Shown piece by piece: positions 46,784 to 56,200 of a DNA stretch of 64,000 nt. The stretch spans positions 153 through 64,152 of the forward strand of contig CAILVF010000075.1 of the NCBI GenBank assembly GCA_903837605.1, written 5' to 3'. The DNA comes from an uncultured Bacteroidales bacterium. GTDB lineage: Bacteria; Bacteroidota; Bacteroidia; Bacteroidales; FEN-979. Numbering within the stretch: position 1 is the stretch's first letter; the number at the start of each line of letters is the position of its first letter. The notes below the pieces were generated by a model. It searched no databases and had not been told where the DNA came from. It saw nothing but the letters and a program-made list of their open reading frames with translations. A program made the translations under genes and the position numbers.

Positions 46784-48628
46784 ATGAAAAGATCTATCAT
46801 CGCTTTAACCCTGCTTTGCCAGTTTACAGTTTTTGCCCAGGAAGGCAAAACCCCCGCTGACCAGCCACCGGCATGGTCAAAAACCGCTATCTGGTACCAG
46901 ATCTTTGTTGAGAGGTTCAATAACGGGGATAAGAAAAATGATCCTAAACCGGAGGATATCAACATACCTCCTATGAAGCAGTTTGCACCTCAGGGCTGGA
47001 CCGTTACGCCATGGACACACAACTGGTTTGAGAGTGAAGACTGGGCAAAATCAACCGGCCAGCCTTTCATGGACAATCTCCAGTACAGGAGGTTCGGCGG
47101 GGACCTACAGGGAGTCCTTGACAAACTGGATTACCTGAAAGACCTTGGTATCAGCGCAATTTTCATCAATCCTATCAATGATGCGCCTTCCCTGCACAAG
47201 TATGATGCCCGTTCCTATCATCATGTGGATGTAAATTTCGGTCCGGACCCCGAAGGCGACAAGCGGATAATTGCCCTTGAGAACCCCGCCGACCCTGACA
47301 GCTGGAAATGGACATCCGCCGACAAATTATTTTTAAAAGTCATAGCGGAAGCCCATAAGCGAGGTATGAAAGTAATCCTTGATTACTCGTGGAACCATAC
47401 CGGCGTGATGTTCTGGGCATGGCAGGACATTCTTAAAAAGCAATCCGCCTCGGTATATAAGGACTGGTATGATATTATTTCTTTCGATGATCCCAAAACA
47501 CCTGAAAACGAATTCAAATACCGGGGCTGGGTGGGAATTGAAAGCCTGCCGGAGATCAAAAAAGTGAACATAACGACCAAACGTGAAAACGGCCATCCCT
47601 ATGAAGGCGATATCAATCCCGGGGCAAAAAAACATATTTTCGCAGTCACCAAACGCTGGCTCGCGCCCGGCGGGGATAAAGCAAAAGGCATAGACGGTTT
47701 CAGAATGGATGTTGCCGACCAGATCGGGCTCGTTTTCTGGCGTGACTGGAGGAAGTTTGTGCGTTCAATCAATCCTGATGCATATCTTATAGGAGAAATC
47801 TGGTGGGAACAATGGCCCGATCAACTCATGAACCCTGTTCCATACACCCGTGGAGATGTGTTTGATGCGGTGATGTTCTACCAGGTTTACAAACCTGCGA
47901 GGTATTTCTTTGCGAAAAACGATTACCATATCGATGCAAAACAGTTCCGCGACAGTATTGAGTTCCAGTGGAACAGGCTGAGGCCCGAAAATCTCTATGC
48001 GATGATGAATGTTTCATCCTCGCATGATGCACCAAGGCTGCTGACCGATTTCTATAATCCGAACAAGTATAAATACCAGGCCCTTCCCCGTGACAATTCT
48101 TCTTATAAAACGGGGAAACCTGATCCTGAAACTTATAAAAGGCTGAAGCTATACCTGGTTTGGCTTTTTACGACTGTGGGGGCTCCACAGATCTGGAACG
48201 GGGAAGAAATGGGGATGTGGGGTGAGGATGATCCCGATTGCCGTAAGCCTTTATGGTGGAAAGAATTCAAGTTCGATGCAGAATACCGGAATAATTACCA
48301 GGCGGGGGAGAAAACGTTTGACCCTGTGGGGTTCAACCAGGAACAGTTTGACTTTTACAAAAAGCTTATTCACCTGCGGAAAGCCAATCCCCTGCTGAGC
48401 AAGGGTAAATTTGATTTTATGCTGGCCGAAGGGAGCAAACTGGTTTACAAAAGGTCGGATGGTAAAAATGAACTTATCGTCATGATCAATGCGGGGGCGT
48501 CCGCCCAGGATTTTATTCTTGAGGGCGGAAGAGAATACACCGATCTCCTTAGCAACAGGCACTTTCAAGGAGGCAAAGCAAGCATCGGGCCCTTCACTGC
48601 AATCATATTGCAGCCTGTCAGCAGGTAA
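46784..48628 (+). CDS. GH13 enzyme, neopullulanase/cyclomaltodextrinase-like (periplasmic)
   Basis: A signal peptide is present. GH13 regions are VILDYSWNHTG, GIDGFRMDVADQI, YLIGEIWW and VSSSHDAPRL. Confidence 0.8.
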   Translation: MKRSIIALTLLCQFTVFAQEGKTPADQPPAWSKTAIWYQIFVERFNNGDKKNDPKPEDINIPPMKQFAPQGWTVTPWTHNWFESEDWAKSTGQPFMDNLQYRRFGGDLQGVLDKLDYLKDLGISAIFINPINDAPSLHKYDARSYHHVDVNFGPDPEGDKRIIALENPADPDSWKWTSADKLFLKVIAEAHKRGMKVILDYSWNHTGVMFWAWQDILKKQSASVYKDWYDIISFDDPKTPENEFKYRGWVGIESLPEIKKVNITTKRENGHPYEGDINPGAKKHIFAVTKRWLAPGGDKAKGIDGFRMDVADQIGLVFWRDWRKFVRSINPDAYLIGEIWWEQWPDQLMNPVPYTRGDVFDAVMFYQVYKPARYFFAKNDYHIDAKQFRDSIEFQWNRLRPENLYAMMNVSSSHDAPRLLTDFYNPNKYKYQALPRDNSSYKTGKPDPETYKRLKLYLVWLFTTVGAPQIWNGEEMGMWGEDDPDCRKPLWWKEFKFDAEYRNNYQAGEKTFDPVGFNQEQFDFYKKLIHLRKANPLLSKGKFDFMLAEGSKLVYKRSDGKNELIVMINAGASAQDFILEGGREYTDLLSNRHFQGGKASIGPFTAIILQPVSR

Positions 48629-48654
48629 AGTACTCAATTATAAATTTATCAGAC

Positions 48655-49584
48655 ATGAAGAAACTCGCGTTTATCATCATAGTGCTTTTGTTTTCCACGA
48701 ATTCATTTTCCCAGCAGGTGAGTGTTGCTTCCGGAAGGGTTCAGCGGTTTGAGAATTTCCATTCGCATTTTGTGGCGCCAAGGACTATTGATGTGTGGCT
48801 CCCTGAGAGTTATACGGCAGGTAAAAAATATGCAGTGTTGTACATGCATGACGGGCAGATGCTTTTCGACAGTTCATCAAACTGGAACCACCAGGAATGG
48901 GGCGTAGACGAGACCGCCGGGAGGCTGATGAAAAAGAAAAAGATCCGTGACTGCATCGTGGTGGGGATTTGGAATAACGGGAAATTCAGGCATTCAGAGT
49001 ATTTCCCTCAAAAGCCGTTTGAGTCATTGACGAAAGCGGAGAGGGATACGATTTATGCATCCACCAGGACAAAGGCAGAAGCATTGTTTGCTGCCAATGT
49101 GCAGTCTGACCGTTACCTGGAATTCCTTGTTAAGGAGCTGAAGCCATTTATCGACAGTGCTTTTTCTACGTTTAAAGACAGGGAGAATACGTTTATTGCA
49201 GGTTCCAGCATGGGCGGGTTGATCAGTCTTTATGCCATTTGTGAATATCCCGGCGTATTCGGAGGGGCTGCCTGCCTTTCGACCCACTGGCCCGGGATCT
49301 TCGGTACTCAAAACAATCCAGTACCGGCTGCATTTATGAGTTACTTAAATGCACATCTCCCCGATCCTTCTTCACATAAAATTTATTTCGATTACGGCGA
49401 CCAGACCCTCGACAGCATGTACAAACCATACCAGTTACAAGCCGATGCAATTATGAAGTCAAAAGGCTATACTTCAAAAAACTGGATGACCAGGGAGTTT
49501 CCCGGGGCGAACCACTCAGAAAAGGCATGGGCAAGGCGGCTGTATATCCCTCTTGAATTCCTTTTATCTTCCGGAGTGAAGTAA
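48655..49584 (+). CDS. secreted esterase-D-family alpha/beta hydrolase
   Basis: A signal peptide is present. The block YAVLYMHDGQMLFD and the nucleophile elbow IAGSSMGGLISL are present. Confidence 0.7.
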   Translation: MKKLAFIIIVLLFSTNSFSQQVSVASGRVQRFENFHSHFVAPRTIDVWLPESYTAGKKYAVLYMHDGQMLFDSSSNWNHQEWGVDETAGRLMKKKKIRDCIVVGIWNNGKFRHSEYFPQKPFESLTKAERDTIYASTRTKAEALFAANVQSDRYLEFLVKELKPFIDSAFSTFKDRENTFIAGSSMGGLISLYAICEYPGVFGGAACLSTHWPGIFGTQNNPVPAAFMSYLNAHLPDPSSHKIYFDYGDQTLDSMYKPYQLQADAIMKSKGYTSKNWMTREFPGANHSEKAWARRLYIPLEFLLSSGVK

Positions 49585-49602
49585 ACAGGCCTGTTTGCAA
49601 CG

Positions 49603-49646
49603 AAAAAAAAAGAGGCTGAACCGTTCCGGTTCAGCCTCTTTTTTTT
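49603..49646. terminator. bidirectional rho-independent terminator shared by the convergent operons
   Basis: An A9 run is followed by a 12-bp perfect stem agaggctgaacc/ggttcagcctct (5-nt loop) and a T8 run. It lies between the stops at 49584 (+) and 49663 (-). Confidence 0.9.
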
Positions 49647-49662
49647 GTGTTGGAAATGAATC

Positions 49663-50706
49663 CTAGTTCTTCTTCAGCTGATACCTGTAAACAGGCTGGC
49701 TCAGGTTAAGAGTTACTGTATAGTTCCCGGCTGCGGCAACAGTGATGTTTGCTCCGCCTGCTGAGAGTTTACCGGTATTGCTGCCATCGTCGCCATAGTT
49801 AAGGTCCCACGCATGGTTGGCACGGAATTTCAGTCCGGCTGCGGTAAGGTTAAGCGTAGCTTTCCAGGTCTTTGCAATGGAATCATAAGCCATGTCCGTG
49901 TCAGTATCCCATCCTCCCGGCGTTGCATCCCCGATCACCGACCATTTGGTCAGCAGGAATTTATGTGTGAGGTTAGGCAGGTCGACATTGAGTTTATAGT
50001 AACCATGCAAACCGGCTGCAATGTTAGCCCCATTGGGGTTAAGAGTACCGTCGGCACCATCATCACCCCAGTTGGTTGACCAGCTGTTTCCCTGGCAATA
50101 TTTGAACAGGGCATTGTCGATACCCATCCAGATATATCCTTCATATTTCCCGTTGGATGTCACAGATGCTATCGTGGTGGAGGAATCAGCAGGATTCCAG
50201 CCCTGGTAGCTCCCGGGTACGAAAAGGATAGGATAAACTATTTTCACGAAATATGGTGTAATAGTCTGAGGAATAACAACCGAGTAAAGCGGCGCTATGT
50301 TTTGGTTGATGATAGATGACACCCTGAATTCCAGGTTGATCGGAGTAGGGTTCTTCGGATCATACTCCATGGGGAGTATCTTCTGGTTCAGGTCGTAAGT
50401 GTTGATGGAACTCTGCAGAAGGCTGTTTACCTGTACTACCGGAATAGCATTTTTAAAATTATTTCCGGCCATATCCATCTCAACGAGATAGGTAACTACT
50501 AACGGCTGACCAAACTGGGCAGCAGTCCATGTATAAGTGATCGGCACTGCCGAGTCGCTCTTCTTCAGAATAATCTGAGCCCCGCTTGCAAGGTTTAATA
50601 CCGAAGCATTCGGGGTAGTGCTAAGTGTGGCCTTGGTCTCATCCTTTTTGCATGAAAGGGCGCTCAGAAGACCAAGAACCAGGATTAATATTGATATTTT
50701 TTTCAT
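49663..50706 (-). CDS. SusE/SusF-family outer-membrane starch-binding lipoprotein
   Basis: The lipobox is LSALSC. A SusE-like N-terminal domain is followed by two CBM-like modules (PGSYQGWNP..., WSVIGDATPGGWDTD...LKFRANHAWDLNYGDDG). The gene lies directly downstream of susD. Confidence 0.8.
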   Translation of the reverse strand: MKKISILILVLGLLSALSCKKDETKATLSTTPNASVLNLASGAQIILKKSDSAVPITYTWTAAQFGQPLVVTYLVEMDMAGNNFKNAIPVVQVNSLLQSSINTYDLNQKILPMEYDPKNPTPINLEFRVSSIINQNIAPLYSVVIPQTITPYFVKIVYPILFVPGSYQGWNPADSSTTIASVTSNGKYEGYIWMGIDNALFKYCQGNSWSTNWGDDGADGTLNPNGANIAAGLHGYYKLNVDLPNLTHKFLLTKWSVIGDATPGGWDTDTDMAYDSIAKTWKATLNLTAAGLKFRANHAWDLNYGDDGSNTGKLSAGGANITVAAAGNYTVTLNLSQPVYRYQLKKN

Positions 50707-50726
50707 AGTATCTGGTTTTTAACTTA

Positions 50727-52922
50727 TTAATATCCGATATTTTGCTTAAGGTTTGGATTTGCGGATACATCTGAAGAAGGTATCGGGAAGATATTATAGA
50801 AGGACTGGGTGGAAATACCATTTTTAACCCCGCCTTTCCATGGCCACACATATGTGCTCGTACTGAATTCACTAAACCTGATAAGGTCGGTCCTGCGCAC
50901 ACATTCCCAGTACAATTCACGGCCTCTTTCATCAATAATAAAAGGCAGATTAAGCTGGGAAGCGGTAATATTGCCGGCCTGATCACCGTATGCTCTTTCA
51001 CGGATTGCATTAACATAATTCAGAGCCTGTGAAGCACTTCCGCCACCGCCACCCCTGAGGACAGCTTCGGCATACATCAGGTAAACATCAGCCAACCTGA
51101 ACAGTGGGAAATCTGTAGAGCAATAGGTAGGATTTGATCCTGCAACTCCGTCACTGGTAACATTCTTGAATTTAGTGACAGCATATCCGTCAGTGAATAC
51201 ACCTACATCATTGATCTCAAGATTTTGACCGTCACTCCAGAACATTGCCCTGTGGTCATAACTATGCATGCTAAGAATGTATGTATAGTCAGGAATCCCA
51301 AGTTTCATGGTAATGAGATAGGTACCTGCTTCAGGAACCGCAATATTGGCTCCGCCCTCTTCCAGGGTACCATTGGCACCATCGTCACCGTAATTGAGAT
51401 CCCATCCGCCATTGGCACGGAATTTCAGTCCGCCTGGAACCAGGTCGACAGTAATGGTCCATGTGTTTGAAGTTGCATCATAGGCCATTGGTGTATCGTT
51501 GGACCATCCACCCGGAGTTGCATCGCCAATCACAGCCCAGGTAGTTTTTGTCACTGAATAGGTAAGGGCTGCAGTATCAATGTTCACCTTATAATACCCT
51601 GGGTCGGCTAAGGAAATATTATCGCCATTGGGCACCAGTGTTCCGTTTGTACCTCCGTAATTATGGTCCCAGCTCGGGGTTGTGCAGAATTTAAACTGCT
51701 GGTTGGAACTTGCCATATAAAGGTAACCTTCGTATTTACTGTCGCTAGCTTTGGATGCGATCACGGTAGTCGTGTTGGTAGGATCCCATCCCTGGTAGCT
51801 ACCCGGACAATAAACAACCGGATAAGCCTTGGCATTCTTAGGAGGTGTGGCTGAATGGTAAAGGCCATTTTTCAGGTCAGGATAAAAGAGATGAACAATG
51901 GACTTGGTTGTACGTGTGCCACCCCAGCCTCCGCTGACTCCGAAATCGACAGGTTTCATACTTCCGCCAATTGCTGCGCAAATCACGAAAGTGGTTCCGC
52001 CCCAGGTCTGAGTATTTGTACCATCATATTCGATCGGGAAAATGATTTCATTGCTGAAGTTATTATCGACAAGGAACAGATTCTTGTACTTTGGTTCAAG
52101 AGTATAACCGCCTGCTATTACTTCGTTGCACTGGGTAATGCAATCGGTATACCTTGGAGTGCCTGTATAAACTTCTGCATTCAGATATAATTTTGCAAGA
52201 AGGGTAGCAACGGCACCTTTATCAGCGCGTCCGTATTCATTGGCACGGGCAGCGGTAATTAATGGTTCAATTGCTAACAGTTCTGATTCAACATATGCAA
52301 ACAGATCGGCACGGTTCTTCTGTGGCGGGAAGAATGTACCGGGAACATCGCTTTCTGTTACAAAGGGAACATTACCAAACATGTCAAGTGCGTGGTAATA
52401 ACTTAAAGCCCTTAAGAAACGGGCTTCAACCCTGTAATTCAGAACATTGATTTTATCCTGGCCCGTTATGCCGCGTGAATCGAGTTTACTTACTTCCGAT
52501 TCCCTGATAAATTCATTGCAGAGACTGATCTGGTAAAAGATCCTGTAATACATGGCTGCAATAAAAACATCGCCTGAACCCCAGGTCTGGGAATGGAAAT
52601 TATGAATAGTCTGGTCATTCCATGAAATCACAGCTTCGTCAGTTGTAAGTTCCTGGTGATACCAGAATCCACGTAAGTATTCGCCGAACCCTTCGTCAAT
52701 CCCGCTGATATCAGGATTTCCTGCCGGGCCCTGCTGGCCTGATACCGATAGGCCTGCATAGCATTTTGCCAAAACCCGTTTGTACCCGGCAGCTGTGGTA
52801 TAAGCATTATCCGGGGTATACAAGGTCGGGTTGATCGGCGTTGTATTAAGATCCTTGGTGCAGGATGCTATGAACAGCATTAATGCTGCTGCAACAAATG
52901 TTATTTTAAATATTCGTTTCAT
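50727..52922 (-). CDS. susD: SusD/RagB-family lipoprotein carrying an internal ~200-aa SusE/F-type CBM insertion
   Basis: The lipobox is FIASC. The N-terminal region is SusD-like, and the C-terminal block is FPLFRLADVYLMYAEA...ERGRELYWECVRRTDLIRF. Residues ~352-552 are homologous to the neighbouring SusE/F protein. At 731 aa it is longer than a typical SusD. Confidence 0.85.
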   Translation of the reverse strand: MKRIFKITFVAAALMLFIASCTKDLNTTPINPTLYTPDNAYTTAAGYKRVLAKCYAGLSVSGQQGPAGNPDISGIDEGFGEYLRGFWYHQELTTDEAVISWNDQTIHNFHSQTWGSGDVFIAAMYYRIFYQISLCNEFIRESEVSKLDSRGITGQDKINVLNYRVEARFLRALSYYHALDMFGNVPFVTESDVPGTFFPPQKNRADLFAYVESELLAIEPLITAARANEYGRADKGAVATLLAKLYLNAEVYTGTPRYTDCITQCNEVIAGGYTLEPKYKNLFLVDNNFSNEIIFPIEYDGTNTQTWGGTTFVICAAIGGSMKPVDFGVSGGWGGTRTTKSIVHLFYPDLKNGLYHSATPPKNAKAYPVVYCPGSYQGWDPTNTTTVIASKASDSKYEGYLYMASSNQQFKFCTTPSWDHNYGGTNGTLVPNGDNISLADPGYYKVNIDTAALTYSVTKTTWAVIGDATPGGWSNDTPMAYDATSNTWTITVDLVPGGLKFRANGGWDLNYGDDGANGTLEEGGANIAVPEAGTYLITMKLGIPDYTYILSMHSYDHRAMFWSDGQNLEINDVGVFTDGYAVTKFKNVTSDGVAGSNPTYCSTDFPLFRLADVYLMYAEAVLRGGGGGSASQALNYVNAIRERAYGDQAGNITASQLNLPFIIDERGRELYWECVRRTDLIRFSEFSTSTYVWPWKGGVKNGISTQSFYNIFPIPSSDVSANPNLKQNIGY

Positions 52923-52939
52923 CTTTCTATTTTTTAATG

Positions 52940-55924
52940 TTATAACTTAAGACTAACACCTATAACATACACCCTTGATCTCGGATACATATTGTTATCA
53001 ATACCTAAGGATGAACCAAGGTTCACTTCAGGATCAAGACCCTTGTACTTGGTAATTGTGAAAACATTGTTCACGGTAAATGAAATACCAAGATTGAGAG
53101 TGTTCTTTACAAGGTTCCCAAAGTTATAGGCCAGGGTAAGGTAGTCAAGCTTGAAGAACGAAGCGTTCTGCACATAATAATCGGAAAGATACTGTTGATT
53201 TACGAAACCTGTGTTTGTGACCGAAGTGGCAACATTGCCCAGGTAAGGTCCTTCAGGGCGGTACAGATTGGCATACACTCCCCTGTTGGCTTCAACATTG
53301 TTATACATATAATTACCGATATTGGCATGGCCGCTGGCAGCAAGGCTCCACTTTTTATAAGTAAGTCTTGTATTTACACCAAATGTAAAGGTAGGATTCG
53401 GGCTTTTGTAGCAATACCTGTCGGCATCGGTGATCTTGCCATCGCCATTCCTGTCAACATACAATCCTTCAACAGGATTTCCGTTGGCATCATATACCTG
53501 CTGGTATACATAAAATGAATTGATCGGGCTCCCTACCCTGTCGATCTGAACGGTGTTACCCACACCACCGCTGATTCCGCCTACCATAATACCGGGGTAG
53601 TTCGGGTCATCGGAAATATTCAGCTTCGTGATCTTATTTTTGTATGTTGTGGCATTGAAGCCGATATCCCAATTCCAGTCCTTGGTTACAATGGGCTTGA
53701 CATCAAGAGTGAATTCAAGACCTGTATTGTTCATACTTCCAACATTGGTCCATACATAGTTGGAAAGGTTGGTTCCGGCAGGGACAGGGACAAAGTTCAA
53801 CATATCCTTTGTATCCTTGTAGAAATAATCAACCGAAGCAGTGATCCTGTCTTTCAGGAAACCAAGATCAATACCGGCGTTCCAGGTGGTGGTGGTTTCC
53901 CATTTGATATTGGGGTCATATGCATCGGGGCGTAATGTACGATACCAGACATTCCCGAACTGGTACATAGTGAACCTGTCACTCTGGGTATAAATCGGGA
54001 TGTAAGGATACCAGTTGGCCGAAATATCCTGCTGACCGGTTTGTCCCCAGCCTAACCTGAGCTTCAACTGTGAAACCACTTTTGAATCCCTCAGGAATTT
54101 CTCGTCATTGATTTTCCAGCCTAGAGCAACTGAAGGGAATAACCCCCAACGTTTGCTCTTTGAAAACCTTGAGGAACCGTCATCACGAAGGGTTGCAGTA
54201 AGGAGGTACCTGTTTTTAAAGGTATAATTGAAACGTCCGTAAAAAGAAACAAGGTAATATTCCTGTTTTACTATAATGGTATCGGCGTGAGCACTGTCGT
54301 GAGGCACGTTGCCATTGTAGTTATTATTATTTACCCAGAAATGCTGCCATGAATAACCTGCCATTACATCGAATTTACTGCTGATGCTCTTGACGTCCTT
54401 CATATAACTCAGATAAAAGTCGAGCAGGGTGTTCTTTTTGGTCTGATCGTAATTGTTGTCAACACCTTTGTTGAAGTAATTCCAGGTAGCGTAAGTAGGC
54501 ACATAATTATTGCCTTTGCTCCACGAATAATCCATACCGAGGTTCAGGTTGACCCTGAGGTCGGGGAAGAAATGAAGCTTGTAATCGAACTGGGCGTTAC
54601 CCAGGAACCTGTTGACAGTTGATGTATTGTCAGTTTCCTTAAGACGGGCAACGGGATTGGTTGTTGCCTGGCGGACAGGATCGTTATTTGGCTGAAGCCA
54701 TGCCCAATAATCATTATACAGGCCGTATTTGCCAGCCGCATTAACAGGCTGGGAAGGATCAAAAGCAACGGCATCGCCAATTGCCGACTGGTCGGCAAAA
54801 TGGTTCTTTTCATACATGTATTTGGCATTGATATTGACTTTAAGATAGTTCTTAAAGAAAGTAGGATTCAAGGTTGCCCCAAGGGTCGTCCTTCTCATAT
54901 TATCGGTAAGAAGAGTACCATCCTGGTATGAGTATCCTATGGAAACGCGGTATGGCATAGTACTGACTGCCCCTGTAAATGCGAGGTTATGGTCGGTTCC
55001 GAGAGCCGTACGGTAAATTTCTTTCTGCCAGTTTGTGTTGGCATTACCAAGAAGCGTGTCAACACCGGGAGTGTTCGGGTACCTCTGTAAAACCAGGGCG
55101 CGGAAATCATCGCCATTATACACACTGACTGTTTTCGGGACAGTGGAGATAGAAATGTTACCCGAATATTCAAGACCGAATTTCTTGGCACCCGTTGCTC
55201 CCTTTTTGGTTGTAATGATGATAACACCATTGGATGCACGTGAACCGTAAATTGCGGTCGCAGAAGCATCTTTCAGAACGGTATATGTTTCAATATCATC
55301 AGGATTAAGCATGCCAAGAGTGCTGCGTGCACCCGATGTGGAGGCATTGTCAATGGCAACACCATCAACAACAAGCAAAGGATCATTGTTTGCATTGATT
55401 GAAGAACCACCACGTATACGGATGATAGCATCACCACCAGGTGCACCACCGGTTGTGGTAACCTGCACACCGGCTATTTTCCCAACGATCAACTGCTGGG
55501 GAGATTGAATTGCGCCCTGGTTAAAATCCTTGCTGCTTAGTGCAGCAACAGATCCGGTGGCATCAGACTTTTTCACCGTACCGTAACCGATAACGACAAC
55601 CTCATTAAGGCTCTTCGTCCCTACAGACAGCGATACATCGAGGGTCCGTTGTTCAGCAACTGTAATTTCCTGTGGCATGTAACCGACATAGGAAAAAACA
55701 AGCACAGCATCCTTCTTAACTTTGATGGAGTATTTTCCGTCCATATCGGTAACAGTACCTGTTGTCGTATTTTTAACAACGATAGTTACCCCCGGGAGTA
55801 AACTTCCATCTGTCGCATCTGTTACTTTACCCGAAACCGTAATCTCCTGGGCAAAAGCAATAGATGCTGATGCTAAGGCGAAGAAAAGAATCAGGTAACG
55901 CAACCAAAGTACACGTTTCTTCAT
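52940..55924 (-). CDS. susC: SusC/RagA-family TonB-dependent outer-membrane transporter
   Basis: A signal peptide is present. The CarboxypepD_reg block is ITVSGKVTDATDGSLLPGVTIVVKN. The SusC-type plug start is VVVIGYGTVKKSDATGSVA. The protein is 994 aa and lies immediately upstream of susD. Confidence 0.9.
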   Translation of the reverse strand: MKKRVLWLRYLILFFALASASIAFAQEITVSGKVTDATDGSLLPGVTIVVKNTTTGTVTDMDGKYSIKVKKDAVLVFSYVGYMPQEITVAEQRTLDVSLSVGTKSLNEVVVIGYGTVKKSDATGSVAALSSKDFNQGAIQSPQQLIVGKIAGVQVTTTGGAPGGDAIIRIRGGSSINANNDPLLVVDGVAIDNASTSGARSTLGMLNPDDIETYTVLKDASATAIYGSRASNGVIIITTKKGATGAKKFGLEYSGNISISTVPKTVSVYNGDDFRALVLQRYPNTPGVDTLLGNANTNWQKEIYRTALGTDHNLAFTGAVSTMPYRVSIGYSYQDGTLLTDNMRRTTLGATLNPTFFKNYLKVNINAKYMYEKNHFADQSAIGDAVAFDPSQPVNAAGKYGLYNDYWAWLQPNNDPVRQATTNPVARLKETDNTSTVNRFLGNAQFDYKLHFFPDLRVNLNLGMDYSWSKGNNYVPTYATWNYFNKGVDNNYDQTKKNTLLDFYLSYMKDVKSISSKFDVMAGYSWQHFWVNNNNYNGNVPHDSAHADTIIVKQEYYLVSFYGRFNYTFKNRYLLTATLRDDGSSRFSKSKRWGLFPSVALGWKINDEKFLRDSKVVSQLKLRLGWGQTGQQDISANWYPYIPIYTQSDRFTMYQFGNVWYRTLRPDAYDPNIKWETTTTWNAGIDLGFLKDRITASVDYFYKDTKDMLNFVPVPAGTNLSNYVWTNVGSMNNTGLEFTLDVKPIVTKDWNWDIGFNATTYKNKITKLNISDDPNYPGIMVGGISGGVGNTVQIDRVGSPINSFYVYQQVYDANGNPVEGLYVDRNGDGKITDADRYCYKSPNPTFTFGVNTRLTYKKWSLAASGHANIGNYMYNNVEANRGVYANLYRPEGPYLGNVATSVTNTGFVNQQYLSDYYVQNASFFKLDYLTLAYNFGNLVKNTLNLGISFTVNNVFTITKYKGLDPEVNLGSSLGIDNNMYPRSRVYVIGVSLKL

Positions 55925-56114
55925 AGAGTTAATTTTAAAATGTTAGTTTTCCGTTAATTTAATTTTTCTTATTACCGCTATATATACTCATTTATATATA
56001 CTGATTTTGCAGTGCAGAATTAATAAAAAAATGCTTACGATGAGTAACTTTTTATACGTTTTTTTTTATAAAATGCTTATCTTTCTGATTATGAATCTAT
56101 TAAAATCAAAAGGC

Positions 56115-56149
56115 GATTTGTTTAAAATTTAACAAATCCCCCCGGGGGG
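56115..56149. promoter_or_regulatory. palindromic elements in the divergent susC / GH13 control region (candidate operator)
   Basis: GATTTGTT-n8-AACAAATC lies at 56115-56138, immediately followed by the palindrome CCCCCCGGGGGG at 56138-56149. Both lie 20-55 nt upstream of the -7 box of the plus-strand gene. Confidence 0.3.
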
Positions 56150-56171
56150 AAAAATGTGCCCAGGCTTTTAT

Positions 56172-56179
56172 TACCTTTG
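56172..56179 (+). promoter_or_regulatory. -7 box (TACCTTTG) for the T9SS GH13 gene
   Basis: TAnnTTTG match 21 nt upstream of the ATG at 56201. Confidence 0.45.
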
Positions 56180-56200
56180 TAAATTAATAAACCCAGCAAC

